A model generated the notes under the pieces. The model was not told where the DNA came from. It was given only the letters and a program-made list of their open reading frames with translations, and made no database searches. A stretch of 64,000 nucleotides of DNA from Acidobacteriota bacterium (GTDB lineage Bacteria > Acidobacteriota > Vicinamibacteria > Fen-336), in NCBI GenBank assembly GCA_011526565.1, contig WYBL01000116.1:3019-67018 (forward strand), given 5' to 3'. Both the position numbers and the translations under genes were made by a program. How positions within the stretch are numbered: the stretch's first letter is position 1; every line of letters begins with the position of its first letter. This document shows positions 33,364-47,047 of the stretch, piece after piece.

Positions 33364-34158
33364 ATGATCCGGGATACGCTCCGCCGTCTCCGGCGACGCT
33401 TCGGCCGTGATCAGGAGCGCGAGGCGGAGAACATGGCTCGCGCCTACGTCGCCGAGCACCCGCGACTCGCTGAAGTCCTGGCCCACGCGGATCGGGTGTC
33501 GGGTTCGACCGGCGTCCAGCTCGCGGACTCGGTGTTCCTCCACAAGGCCGTGCTGCGGCTGCGCCCGACCACGGTCCTCGAATGCGGCACCGGGCGGTCG
33601 ACCTTCGTACTGGCTCAGGCCATGGCCGAAGCGGCGCAGCCGGGGACCCGTCCGCGCCTGGTGTCGATGGAACACGACCGGGCGTGGTTCGAGGCGGCGC
33701 TTCGTGCGTTCCCGAAGGACGAGTTCCCGTTCGTCGAGATCGTCCACTCGCCCCAGGCGCTCCACGGGTACTCGTTCGTTCGCGGCACGGTGTACAGCAG
33801 CGTGCCGACGGCGCCCTATGACCTGGTCTTCGTCGACGGCCCGGGGCAAGAAATGAGCAGCGTGCATCCGCACACGATGTGCAATCTCGATTTCATCCGC
33901 CTCGTGGAGCAATCCGACAGGCCCGTGCGGGCGATCATCGACAACCGAAAGCACACGGTGCTCGCATACACGGTGATCCTTGGCCGCGCCAAGGTGCGCT
34001 TCTTCCCCGGCGGCCGAGGGCAGGGGAGCCTCGGCATCGTGGCACCGGTAACCCGCAAGGACCTCCTGCTGGCGGACAAGATGGCCATGCGCAAGACGCT
34101 GTTTCCGGAGTTCGTGCGCATCGGAGGCGACACGCCGCTGGCCTTCCTGGAAGGCTGA
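33364..34158 (+). CDS. Putative class I SAM-dependent methyltransferase-like protein; hypothetical
   Basis: A glycine-rich motif VLECGTGRSTFVLAQA and a following acidic-loop pattern (...YDLVFVDGPG...) resemble the CmcI/TylF-type Rossmann methyltransferase fold. I could not assign a family with confidence. Confidence 0.45.
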   Translation: MIRDTLRRLRRRFGRDQEREAENMARAYVAEHPRLAEVLAHADRVSGSTGVQLADSVFLHKAVLRLRPTTVLECGTGRSTFVLAQAMAEAAQPGTRPRLVSMEHDRAWFEAALRAFPKDEFPFVEIVHSPQALHGYSFVRGTVYSSVPTAPYDLVFVDGPGQEMSSVHPHTMCNLDFIRLVEQSDRPVRAIIDNRKHTVLAYTVILGRAKVRFFPGGRGQGSLGIVAPVTRKDLLLADKMAMRKTLFPEFVRIGGDTPLAFLEG

Positions 34159-34203
34159 CGTTCGTCAGGAAGCTGGGGCCTCGACCGGCGCCCGGCGGCG
34201 TGG

Positions 34204-34755
34204 TCAGCGCGCGGGCGGGGACGGGGGCGCGGGGCAGGCGGACACCCCGCGCTCCGCGCGGCGGGCCTCCAGCGCCTGCCCGATGCGGGCGAGCTGCTCC
34301 GCGCCCAGGTGCCGCTGCAACGTCTCGTAGAAGGCGCGCTCCTCGTAGCGGACGTGGTCGTCGAGCAGCGGGCCGAGTTCGGCGCACACCGGCCGGAGGT
34401 CGTCGCCGCGAACGAGCGCCGTGGCGAGCGACGCGGCCAGGGCCTCCATCTCGCGGTGCTCGTCCGCGATCCGCCGCACGCCCTCGGGGTCGAAGCCGCG
34501 CGCCGCGGGCAGCAGCTCCTGCTCCTCGTCGGCGAAGTGGCCGCGCATCTCCGCCTCCCAGGTCGCGAGGAACGCGCGGGCCGCGGCGACGACGGCCGGG
34601 TCGCCCGCGGGCCGCTGCGCGGCGCGCTTGAGGTCGAGGGCGCGGACCAGCACGCCATGGTGCTCGCGGGAGAGGGCGACGAGGGCGGGATCGCGGCGCA
34701 GGCCGCGGGTGCCGGGAGCCAGCGCGGGCACGACCCGCGGCGGGCGTTCGCTCAC
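34204..34755 (-). CDS. Hemerythrin-like (HHE cation-binding) domain protein
   Basis: It has repeated His-containing helices (...LSREHHGVLVR..., ...HFADEEQELLP..., ...DEHREMEAL..., ...DDHVRYEERAFY...). The GTG start overlaps the stop of the upstream cNMP protein (GTGA). Confidence 0.6.
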   Translation of the reverse strand: MSERPPRVVPALAPGTRGLRRDPALVALSREHHGVLVRALDLKRAAQRPAGDPAVVAAARAFLATWEAEMRGHFADEEQELLPAARGFDPEGVRRIADEHREMEALAASLATALVRGDDLRPVCAELGPLLDDHVRYEERAFYETLQRHLGAEQLARIGQALEARRAERGVSACPAPPSPPAR

Positions 34756-37451
34756 GCCGGGGGCTGGCCGCGCAGCTGCGCAGCCTCGGCGCTCTGCGCG
34801 CGCTCGCGGGCGAACGCTTCCAGCACCTCGCGCATGCGCGGGTGGCTCGCGGTACACGCCTCGAGCGCCTCGCGGGTCAGCTCCAGCAGCTCGCCCCGGG
34901 TCGAGGCGATCACGGTCGCGCGCCGCGGGCCACCCGAGAGCGCGGCCATCTCGCCGAAGAAGGCGCCGTCGCGCAGCACCGCCAGGCGCGCGTCGTGGCC
35001 GCGCGGGGTGCGCACGAACACCTTGACCACGCCGGTGGCGAGGATGAACAGGCTGCCGCCGGGCTCGCCTTCGCTGATCAGGATCTCGCCCGGCTCGATC
35101 GGCACCAGCCGGAGCTGCTGGACGAGCGCCAGCAGCTCTTCTTCGGTGAAGCCCTCGAACAGCGGGCTGCCGCGCAGGCCGCTGTCGTAGGAGCGGGCGG
35201 CCGCCGGCGCCGCCTGCGCGCCCAGCGTCGGCGTGCGCTGCACCTGGTCGCGCACGACGTCGACGAGCCAGTCGGCGAAGCTCGCCTCGGTGCGCGGGCC
35301 GCGCGCGGGCGCGGGGGCGACGGGTGGCGGCGGGGCGGGCACGGGCGGGGCCGGCTCGGCGGCGGCGGTCGCCCGCGGCCGCTTGAGCGGCGCGAGGTTG
35401 ACCTCCTCGACGTAGCGCCGCTGCAGTCCCTCGATCTTCTTGAGGATCGCGATCGCCTTCTCGGGGAACCCGCCGCGCACGAGCTCGTCGGCGAGGCCCA
35501 CCAGCACCGCGACCGCGTCCTCCTCCTTGCCCGCTCGCAGCAGCGCGTCGGCCAGCCGCAACTGCATCTTGGGGTCCCACTGGCTGGCGCCGAAGTGGGC
35601 GAGCAGCACCTCGGTGGCACGCCGCCGGGTGTTCTCCGCGTCGAGCGCGACCGCGCGCACCGCGGCGTTGGCGGGCGAACTGGCGCGCGCGATGTAGGCC
35701 GCCTCCAGCCGGTCGCGCACCCGCGGGTGCACGGCGGCCATCGCGTCGAGCGTGGGCTTCGACAGCTCGAGGCACTCGACCCAGTCGGCGGCGACGACGG
35801 TCGCGGAACGCGGGCGGCCGGAGAGCGCGGAGACCTCGCCGAACCAGTCGCCCTCGAGGAGGCGCGCGACCTCGACGTTGCGGCCGACCGGGTTGCGCAC
35901 GTAGACCCGCAGCTCGCCGGTCGTGAGCAGGAACAGGCTGTTGCCCGGCGCGCCCTCGCTGACCAGCACGTCGCCCGGGTCCCACGTGCGCAGCGTCAGG
36001 CCTTCGACGACGGCCATCAGCTCGTCCTGCTTGAGGTCGCCGAACAGGGGCGTGGCCAGCAGGCGCCGGCTCATCTCCAGGTAGTGGCGAGCGTCGACAC
36101 GAACGGGGTGCGCCTCTTCGTCGAGCGCGTCGATCTCGGGCTCGACGGGTTTCGCGACCGGTTCGCCGGGCCGCTTCAGCACGTCCTGGACGAGGTCGAG
36201 GAGCTGGTCGTGGAACTCCGCCTCGTCGAGGCCCTCCGAGCCCTCGGGCTCGGGCAGCAGCTCGATCAGCGACTCGGGAGGCGCTTCGTCTTCGGCCTCC
36301 GGCTCCACTTCCGGGGAGGGCTCGACTTCTGCCGCCACCGGCGCCGCGGCGTCCACCGGTTGCGCTTGCTCCACCTGCAGCGCCGGCGCCGCGGGCTCGG
36401 GCGCTGCCGCGGCAATCGGCTCAGGCTCCACCGTGGGCTCGGCGGCAGGCTCGGTCTCGGGCTCGGTCTCGGGCTCGGTGTCGACCTCGGGCTCGGCTTC
36501 CGGCTCCGGCTCGATGCGCGGCTCCTCATCGCCCTCGCGGCTCAGGAACCCGCGCAGCGCGCCCTTGAAGCGATCGACGCCGGACTCCTCGGCGTCGGGG
36601 CTCGCGGCTTCGGGCGCGGGCGCGTCCGCGGCGGCCAGCGCGGGCTCGGGTGCTTCGGCCGGGACCGGCTCGGGTGCGGAGGGCGCCGCGGGCTCCGCGG
36701 GCTTCTCGTCGTCGACGAGCGACGACAGGAAGCGGCGGAACACGGAGCGCAGGCGACCGCCCGCGGGCTTCGCCGGCTCGGCCGGCGCCTCCGGCTCCGG
36801 CACCGGCTCGGCCTCGGGTTCGGGCTCAGGCACGGGCTCGGCCTCGGGTTCCTCGGCCCGAGCTTCGGCGGCCTGCTGCGCGGGCGACGGCGGGACCTCG
36901 GCCGCGGCTGGCGCAGGTGGCGTGGGCACCGGAACCGCGGCCGCCTCGTCGGGCGGCAGCGGCCCGCCGATCTCGGGCGGCAGCGCCGTGAAGTCGGGCA
37001 CTGCCATCCGCGACAGCGTCTCGTCGCCGGGCGCCTCGCCGATCTCCTCGATCCCGAACAGGGGCGCCGGGGCGGGTCGCGGCGTCGGGGTCGGCGTCGA
37101 GCTGCCCGCAGCCGACTGGCGCGCCTGCTCCTCGACCAGCGCGGCCATCCGCTCCGCGACGTCGGCGCGCCCCGGGTCGACCTTCTCGACGCGCTTGAGG
37201 ATCGCGATCGCCTTGGCGACGAAGCCGTCGCGGCGCAGCTCGTCGACCAGCGCCAGCAGGATCGGGCATGCCTCGTTCGGGCGGCCCGCCTGGATCAGCA
37301 GGTCCGCGAGCTGGAGGCGCACCTTCTCCGAGGGCGCCTTGCCCTCGAGCTGCTCGCGCAGCGTCTCGATCGCCTTCGCCCGCCGCTTGCGGGCGAGGAT
37401 CTCGGAGACGTTCGACTCGATCGGCGAGTTGAGCCAGTCGATCGGCGGCAT
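34752..37451 (-). CDS. Tandem-duplicated protein: (helical TPR-like module, cNMP-binding domain) x2, with a roughly 340-aa Pro/Glu/Ala-rich low-complexity linker
   Basis: Module 1 (MPPIDWLNSPIESNVSEILARKRRAKAIETLREQ...) is followed by an acidic PEPEAEPVPEPE... low-complexity region, then cNMP domain 1 (...WDPGDVLVSEGAPGNSLFLLTTGELRVY...GDWFGEVSALSGRPRSATVVA...). Module 2 (TRRRATEVLLAHFGASQWDPKMQLRLADALLRAG...) is followed by cNMP domain 2 (...IEPGEILISEGEPGGSLFILATGVVKVF...GAFFGEMAALSGGPRRATVIA...). Confidence 0.72.
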   Translation of the reverse strand: MPPIDWLNSPIESNVSEILARKRRAKAIETLREQLEGKAPSEKVRLQLADLLIQAGRPNEACPILLALVDELRRDGFVAKAIAILKRVEKVDPGRADVAERMAALVEEQARQSAAGSSTPTPTPRPAPAPLFGIEEIGEAPGDETLSRMAVPDFTALPPEIGGPLPPDEAAAVPVPTPPAPAAAEVPPSPAQQAAEARAEEPEAEPVPEPEPEAEPVPEPEAPAEPAKPAGGRLRSVFRRFLSSLVDDEKPAEPAAPSAPEPVPAEAPEPALAAADAPAPEAASPDAEESGVDRFKGALRGFLSREGDEEPRIEPEPEAEPEVDTEPETEPETEPAAEPTVEPEPIAAAAPEPAAPALQVEQAQPVDAAAPVAAEVEPSPEVEPEAEDEAPPESLIELLPEPEGSEGLDEAEFHDQLLDLVQDVLKRPGEPVAKPVEPEIDALDEEAHPVRVDARHYLEMSRRLLATPLFGDLKQDELMAVVEGLTLRTWDPGDVLVSEGAPGNSLFLLTTGELRVYVRNPVGRNVEVARLLEGDWFGEVSALSGRPRSATVVAADWVECLELSKPTLDAMAAVHPRVRDRLEAAYIARASSPANAAVRAVALDAENTRRRATEVLLAHFGASQWDPKMQLRLADALLRAGKEEDAVAVLVGLADELVRGGFPEKAIAILKKIEGLQRRYVEEVNLAPLKRPRATAAAEPAPPVPAPPPPVAPAPARGPRTEASFADWLVDVVRDQVQRTPTLGAQAAPAAARSYDSGLRGSPLFEGFTEEELLALVQQLRLVPIEPGEILISEGEPGGSLFILATGVVKVFVRTPRGHDARLAVLRDGAFFGEMAALSGGPRRATVIASTRGELLELTREALEACTASHPRMREVLEAFARERAQSAEAAQLRGQPPA

Positions 37452-37603
37452 CGTGGTAACCCGTTGAAGGTGAGCGGCCGAGGCGAGGCTATGCGCCACG
37501 CGGCCGGGGGTCAACCGGCCAAACTTGACTTTTTAGTCCAGATTGCCGATTCTTGGGTCTGCGCCCTCCCCGAGCGCGGCATCGGAAGGACTTCCCGCCC
37601 GCC

Positions 37604-39043
<1,440 letters not shown>

Positions 39044-39065
39044 CGGCAACAGGAATCGAAGAGAG

Positions 39066-39832
<767 letters not shown>

Positions 39833-39836
<4 letters not shown>

Positions 39837-41253
39837 GCACGGTGGAACCGGCCGCGCCGGACGCGACCACCCCGGCTCCGGCCCCCGCGGCCGCGCCGAG
39901 CGCTGTCGAGGTGCGCGAGACCCAGCGCGAGGCTTCACGGCGCGACGAAATCGCACCCTGGCTCGTGGCGCTCGAGGCGCTGCGCCGAAAGGGAGAGCCG
40001 GAGTGGCTGGCCGCGCAGCGCGACGACGCCACGGCCCGCTTCGCGCGCCTCGGCTTCCCCACCACCCGCGACGAGGCCTGGCGCCAGACCAGCGTCGCGG
40101 CGCTGGCGCGCACCCGCTTCGACAACGCGACCCGCGGCGCGCTCGACGACGCGCTCGAATCGATGCCCGCGTTCCGCTTCGGCGGAGCGTTCGCCGGCCG
40201 CGAGGCGGTGTTCGTCAACGGCCGCTTCATGCCCGAGCTCTCCAGCCTCGGCAAGCTGGCCCGGGTGCGGGTGCGACCGCTGCGCCAGGTGCTCGCGGAC
40301 GACCCCGACGCGCTGTGCGGCCTGATCGGCGCGGCGGCCGACGACGACAAGCACCCGTTCCTGGCCCTGAACCTCGCCGCCTTCCAGGACGGCGCGGTGG
40401 TCGAGGTGCCCGAGCGATACACGGTCCACGGCCCGATCCACCTGCTCTTCATCAGCACCGGCGGCGCGGCCAGCCATCCGCGGGTGCTGATCGGCCTCAA
40501 CCGCAACTCCCAGGCGACGGTCGTCGAGAGCTACGTCAGCCCGCGCGGCGCCCACTCGTTCTGCAACGCGGCCACCGAGGTGCTGCTCGGCGACGGCGCC
40601 GTGCTCGACCACGTGCGGCTGCAGGCGGAGTCGGAGAAGGCCTACCACGTCGCCACCACCGCGACCCGGGTCAGCCGCAGCGCCACCTACCGCAGCCACG
40701 CGCTGACGCTGGGTGCGGCTCTCTCCCGCCACGACCTCGGCGTGCGGCTCGAGGGCGAAGGCGCCGACGTCGAACTGCACGGCCTGTTCGTCTCCGACGA
40801 CGCCCAGCTCCACGACACCCACTCGAAGCTCGACCACGTCGCCCCGCACGGCACCTCGCGCGAGGTCTACAAGGGCGTGCTCGGCGGCCGCGCTCGCGGC
40901 GTCAAGAACGGGCTGATCGTGGTGCGCCCCGGCGCCCAGAAGACCGACGCCCAGCAACAGAGCCGCAACCTGCTGCTCTCGCGCGAGGCGCTGGTCCACG
41001 CCACGCCGCAGCTCCTGATCCACGCCGACGACGTCAAGTGCAAGCACGGCGCGACCACGGGCCAGATCGAGGACGCGCCGCTGTTCTACCTGCGGTCGCG
41101 CGGCCTCGACGAGGAGGCGGCCCGCGCGCTGCTGGTGTGGGCGTTCGCGGCCGACGTGGTGTCGAAGCTGAAGGTGGCGCCGGTCCGCGAGTCGGTCGAG
41201 CGCTTCCTGCGCGAGCGGCTGCCGGCGGCCGGCGCGGTGCCCGGGACCCGCGC

Positions 41254-41257
<4 letters not shown>
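39833..41257 (+). CDS. sufD: Fe-S cluster assembly protein SufD
   Basis: It overlaps the sufC stop (ATGA) and has the SufD/SufB-like beta-helix C-terminus (...LSREALVHATPQLLIHADDVKCKHGATTGQIED...). Confidence 0.85.
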
Positions 41258-42506
<1,249 letters not shown>

Positions 42507-42507
<1 letters not shown>

Positions 42508-42965
42508 TGTCCGACCTGCGCGAGCTGTACCAGGAGGTCATCCTGGACCACACGAAGAAGCCGCGCAACAAGCGGCCGATGCCCGATGCCACCGGCCACA
42601 GCGACGGCATGAACCCGCTGTGCGGCGACAAGGCGACGGTGTACGTGAAGGTCGAGGACGGGCGCGTCGTCGACGTCTCGTTCGAGGGCCAGGGCTGCTC
42701 GATCTCGACCGCCTCGGCCTCGATGATGACCGAGGCGGTGCGCGGCAAGACGCCCGCCGAGGTCGACGCGCTGTTCGAGCGCTTCCACGCCCTCGTCACA
42801 GCCCCGCCCGACCAGGCGGGCCGCGACGCCGCTCCCGAGCTCGGCAAGCTGGCCGTGTTCGCGGGCGTGTGCGAGTTCCCCGTGCGCGTGAAGTGCGCGT
42901 CGCTCGCGTGGCACACGCTGAAGGCCGCGCTCGCCGGCAACGGCACGCCGGTCAGCACCGAGTAG
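42507..42965 (+). CDS. sufU: SufU/NifU-like Fe-S scaffold or sulfur-transfer protein
   Basis: It has the three conserved Cys (NPLCGD, GQGCSIS, VKCASLAW). The ATG overlaps the sufS stop. Confidence 0.8.
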
Positions 42966-42975
42966 GAGCCCCATC

Positions 42976-43518
42976 ATGATGAGACAGGCCAAGACGCTGT
43001 CCCGCGACATCGAGGCGACGGCGATCCCCTACGGCGACAAGATCCCGCTCAAGGCGGGCGCGATGGTCTACATCACCCAGGCCCTCGGTGGCACCTGGAC
43101 CGCGATGACCGACCACGGCTACATGGTGCGCATCGAGGCCACCGACGCCGACGCCATCGGCGAGAAGGCCGACCAGGGCCCGAGCCCCGAGGACCTCGCC
43201 AGCAAGCCGCTCGACCAGCTCTGCTGGGACCAGCTCAAGACCTGCTTCGACCCCGAGATCCCGGTCAACATCGTCGACCTCGGCCTCGTCTACGAGTGCG
43301 TGATCAGCGACCGGCCCGAGGGCGGCAAGAAGGTGGCGATCCGCTTCACGCTGACCGCCCCCGGCTGCGGCATGGGCGACTACCTGAAGGCCGACATCGA
43401 GCGCAAGATCGCGAGCATCCCCGGCGTCGACGAGTTCGACGTGCAGCTCGCCTTCGAGCCCCAGTGGAACCAGGCCATGATGAGCGACGCCGCGCGGCTG
43501 CAGCTCGGCCTGATGTGA
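42976..43518 (+). CDS. sufT: SufT-like Fe-S assembly protein (DUF59/MIP18 family with an N-terminal extension)
   Basis: The DUF59 core reads ...VNIVDLGLVYEC...IRFTLTAPGCGMGDYL...VQLAFEPQWNQAMMSDAARLQLGL. Confidence 0.7.
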   Translation: MMRQAKTLSRDIEATAIPYGDKIPLKAGAMVYITQALGGTWTAMTDHGYMVRIEATDADAIGEKADQGPSPEDLASKPLDQLCWDQLKTCFDPEIPVNIVDLGLVYECVISDRPEGGKKVAIRFTLTAPGCGMGDYLKADIERKIASIPGVDEFDVQLAFEPQWNQAMMSDAARLQLGLM

Positions 43519-43537
43519 GGGGCGCGAGGCCCGCCGC

Positions 43538-43990
43538 TTGAAGCTCTCGTCCCAGGAGGAGTACGGCCTGCGCTGCCTGCTCCAGCTCGCCCGCGCGGGC
43601 GACGCCGCCAGCCTGACCATCGCGGAGCTGAGCAAGCGCGAGGGCCTGTCGGCCCCCAACGTCGCCAAGATGCTGCGCCTGCTGCGCCGCTCCGGCTTCG
43701 TGCGTGCCACCCGCGGCCAGCAGGGCGGCTACGCCCTCGCCCGCCCCGCGGCGACGATCAGCGTCGGCGAAGCCCTCTCCGCCCTCGGCGGCCGCATCTT
43801 CGACGAAGGCTTCTGCGACCGCCACGCGGGCGCCGAAGCCTCCTGCGCCCACCTCGACGGCTGCTCGATCAAGCCCGTCCTGCAGCGCCTCCAGGAAGTC
43901 GTCGACTCGGTCCTCGGCCACATGACCCTGTCCGAGCTGCTGAGCCCGCAGGCCCCCCTGATCCGTCTCCAGTCCCGAAGACCGGCCTGA
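43538..43990 (+). CDS. Rrf2-family transcriptional regulator (IscR/SufR-like), trailing the suf operon
   Basis: The HTH reads LTIAELSKREGLSAPNVAKMLRLLRRSGFVRATRGQQGGYALAR. Three Cys (C..HAGAEASCAHLDGC) are positioned like the Fe-S ligands of IscR. It has a TTG start. Confidence 0.7.
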   Translation: MKLSSQEEYGLRCLLQLARAGDAASLTIAELSKREGLSAPNVAKMLRLLRRSGFVRATRGQQGGYALARPAATISVGEALSALGGRIFDEGFCDRHAGAEASCAHLDGCSIKPVLQRLQEVVDSVLGHMTLSELLSPQAPLIRLQSRRPA

Positions 43991-44002
43991 AACGTCCGGC
44001 CC

Positions 44003-44401
44003 TCAGCACCACTTGAAGAAGGGCACGATCGGGCCGCGCCGGGCACCGAGCCAGAACCCGCAGTCGACTTCCATCGACGCCACCTTCGCGTCTCGCAACT
44101 CGATCTCGGAGTGACCGGCGGCGTCCGCCAGGGCGCGAGCGAGACGCCCGAGCATCACGGCGCGGGACCGGACGTTGGCTCGGGCCTTCTTCCAGTCCTG
44201 GCCGATGGCGTGCTCGGCGAAGAAGAACGTCCTCGTGTAGTGCCCGATCCACCAGCCCCGGGCGTCGTCTCCGATAGGGAACGCCTGCTTGCTGCCCGGC
44301 TTCTTGCCGACGCCTCTGCCGACCATCGGTAGCACGTCGGCCTCGAAGCGCGCCTTCATGCGCTGGGTCTCGACGCTCGGGTCAATCGTGATCGTACCCA
44401 T
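44003..44401 (-). CDS. Hypothetical protein
   Basis: A protein-like ORF (...GWWIGHYTRTFFFAEHAIGQDWKKARANVRSRAVMLGR...) lying downstream of, and co-directional with, the Ser/Thr kinase gene. No family recognised. Confidence 0.4.
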   Translation of the reverse strand: MGTITIDPSVETQRMKARFEADVLPMVGRGVGKKPGSKQAFPIGDDARGWWIGHYTRTFFFAEHAIGQDWKKARANVRSRAVMLGRLARALADAAGHSEIELRDAKVASMEVDCGFWLGARRGPIVPFFKWC

Positions 44402-44461
44402 ATCACCCTCCACGGTGGTCCTGTCCACAAGAACGGCAGCCCGGCGCGATACGAACGACGG

Positions 44462-47047
44462 TCAATGCCAGAGCGCCTTGGCGAAACCGCGGGCGTCCCT
44501 AACGGACCGCCGGCCCGGCACCGCGGCAAGAGCGCCCCGAAGAAGACTCGCGAGCCACTCCGGTGTGCGGCTGGCGTCCAGGCGTGCGGGAGAGCCCTGG
44601 CGGACCGTGCGCAGCGTGATCTCCTCGGTAGCCCCCTGGAATGGATGGCTCCCTGCAATCGCCTCGTAGATCACGACCGCCAGCGCCCAGACGTCCCACT
44701 CGGGCGAAGGCGCCACGCCCTCCCAGGCTTCCGGCGGAAGGTAGCGGGGAGTGCCTGCGACACAACCTTCCTGGTCCGCAGACAGCTCCATGAGGTGCGC
44801 GAGGCCGAAATCCAGGAGCTTGGGCGGGCCGGCAACCTGGAATCCGACATTCCCCGGCTTGATGTCACGGTGGAGCAGGCCCTCATCGTGGAGGTCGGCG
44901 AGCGTCGTGGCCAGGGCGCGGCCGAGGCTGAGGCTGGCTTCCAGACCCAGCGGGCCCCGCGTCAGGCGGTCCGCGAGCGTCTCGCCCGCGAGGTACTCCA
45001 CGACCAAGAACGGCACGCCCTTCCAGGTTTCTGCCCCGAACAGGGTCGCCACGCCGGGGTGGTTGATCGACGCCATCACGCGCGCCTCGGATCGCAGCCG
45101 TGCCGCCAGTGCCGGGGACGATCGCGGGAGCGTCTTCAGGGCCACGGTGCGCCCGAGAGTCGTGTCTTCTGCCTCGTAGACGACGCCCATGCCACCCTGA
45201 CCGACGCGCCGAACCAGCCGGAACTTGCCCAGCGCGATGCGCGGCAAGGCCGCCTGCCGACTTCGATCGGCGCCGCACTCGCAGCGCGGTTCGGAGTGAG
45301 CGCGAACTCGCGTGCAGGCGTCGCATTCCAGACCCGGCTCGTCGTCCCACTCCCCGCCCTCGGCGGCGCCCGGCTGCGGCACGCGAGCGATCGCGATTCC
45401 CGCAGCGGACGCGAGACTGTGAGCGAGTTCCTGCGCTCCGCGGTCCCAAGGCTCCTCGGACACGCGTTCGCCGAGGGCCAGGATGGCCGCCGGCTGTCCC
45501 GTGCTGCCCATCACGGGAACGACCAAGGTCACGCCGAGGTCGCTGCTCCATGCACGGTCGTCGTCAGGGAGCAAGGCCAGGAGGCGCGGTGTGATCTCCA
45601 GCGGGCGCGGGTCGGCGTCGAGCATCGCCACGATCGCGCTGCTCGCACTGAGTGGCCGGCAGGCGGAATCGCCCCCAGCGAACGTGCCGCTCGAGTTCCT
45701 CGTCAGAACGCGAACCTGGGTCGCCCCCAACGACATCCTCACCTCGCCTGTGAGGGCCGCCGCGACGTCGCGCTGACCCCGGGCCGCGCTCAGCGCGGTC
45801 AGCAGGCGTTGCAGCCCCGCGCCGCGGTCTCCATCGCCACGCGAGAACAGCCGATCGAGCCCGGCCTGGATCGGCCTGCGAAGCACCCGCAGGACTGTCG
45901 AGAGCGCGAGGGCCGCCAGCAGGCCCTTGCCCGGCCCCGCTCCGAGCAACTCGGCGAGCGGTCGATGGCGCTCGGCGAACAGGTATAGGGCCAACAGCAG
46001 GGCTGGCAGGAACACCAGCAAGTGAAGCGTCGTGCGGGCCAGTGCATGAGAGAGCGCACGCCGCGCCAGGAGGCGGAGGCCGAGGACGCGGCCCGCCGCT
46101 ACGGCTGCAGCGGTCGTCACGGGCAGCGACAGGAGGCCTCCATAGACGATGGTGTCCGTGGCGGCCTCGTACCGATCGACCCAGCGCTCCGCACCCGGCA
46201 CCAGGACCGAAACCAGCGTCAGGAGTACGAGCGGCGCTAGGCCGACGAAGACGGCCACGACGAAGCCGGCCACCCGACGCCCCTCGTCGCCGCTGGCAAG
46301 CCGCGCCTTGCGCAGGGCCAGACGAGCTCCGAGGGCCATGACCGAGAACTGCGCGGCCCAGAACAAGCGACCGCGGCCGTCACCGCCGTCGCGGCCGACG
46401 ACGATCAGCGCCTCACCCAGCGGGCTACCCGAGGCCAGCACTGCAACCGGGGTCACCAGGAAGAGGAACAGACCCAGGGCCGCTGCCGCCTTCTCCAACC
46501 GGACCAGCCCAACCTGTGCCGGCAGGTGGGCTGGCGCGGCGGGGAATCGCAGCAGGAGCGCGAGGAAGGTCGCCGCGAGGAATGCGTCGGGCTGCAGGCC
46601 CGCAAGGAGCGATACGCCGCTGGCCGCGCCCGAAGTGGCGGCGGCGATCGGCCTCGTGGCGAACGTCGCCGCCACGACGACGTAGAAGACGCCGAGACGG
46701 ATCGCGCGAGGGTCGCGGTCTCCGGAGTAGAGGAGCGCGGCACCGGAAAAGCCGAAAACCAGGAGTGGTCCGATGAGTCCGAAGTCCGAGTTCGCGATCG
46801 CCAGCCCGAGCCCTGACAAAGCGCGCGTCGCAGCGAGTAGGCAGAGCAGGCGGAACCCGAGGGACAACGGGTCCGAGACCGAGGCGCTCGCCACCCTGGC
46901 TCGCGCCCGGACGTTTTCGGCAACCGCCTCGAGTACGGTCGCGGTTCGCGACGGCAGCGCGACTCCGCGGTAGGCATCGCGCCAGTCCAGCGGTGCGCCA
47001 TCGGCCGCCGCCGCGGCGAGCCGCACGAGCGCGCCCTCAGGCTCCAT
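44462..47047 (-). CDS. Membrane-embedded sensor Ser/Thr protein kinase (N-terminal multi-TM region, central domain, Cys-rich Zn-ribbon-like motif, C-terminal Hanks-type kinase)
   Basis: There are 7 or more TM helices in the first 420 aa. A Zn-ribbon-like motif reads CDACTRVRAHSEPRCECG. The kinase has a GQGGMGVVYEA glycine loop, VALK, HRDIKPGNV, DFGLA and GTPRYLPPE. The start overlaps the end of the ECF sigma gene by 11 nt. Confidence 0.75.
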   Translation of the reverse strand: MEPEGALVRLAAAAADGAPLDWRDAYRGVALPSRTATVLEAVAENVRARARVASASVSDPLSLGFRLLCLLAATRALSGLGLAIANSDFGLIGPLLVFGFSGAALLYSGDRDPRAIRLGVFYVVVAATFATRPIAAATSGAASGVSLLAGLQPDAFLAATFLALLLRFPAAPAHLPAQVGLVRLEKAAAALGLFLFLVTPVAVLASGSPLGEALIVVGRDGGDGRGRLFWAAQFSVMALGARLALRKARLASGDEGRRVAGFVVAVFVGLAPLVLLTLVSVLVPGAERWVDRYEAATDTIVYGGLLSLPVTTAAAVAAGRVLGLRLLARRALSHALARTTLHLLVFLPALLLALYLFAERHRPLAELLGAGPGKGLLAALALSTVLRVLRRPIQAGLDRLFSRGDGDRGAGLQRLLTALSAARGQRDVAAALTGEVRMSLGATQVRVLTRNSSGTFAGGDSACRPLSASSAIVAMLDADPRPLEITPRLLALLPDDDRAWSSDLGVTLVVPVMGSTGQPAAILALGERVSEEPWDRGAQELAHSLASAAGIAIARVPQPGAAEGGEWDDEPGLECDACTRVRAHSEPRCECGADRSRQAALPRIALGKFRLVRRVGQGGMGVVYEAEDTTLGRTVALKTLPRSSPALAARLRSEARVMASINHPGVATLFGAETWKGVPFLVVEYLAGETLADRLTRGPLGLEASLSLGRALATTLADLHDEGLLHRDIKPGNVGFQVAGPPKLLDFGLAHLMELSADQEGCVAGTPRYLPPEAWEGVAPSPEWDVWALAVVIYEAIAGSHPFQGATEEITLRTVRQGSPARLDASRTPEWLASLLRGALAAVPGRRSVRDARGFAKALWH

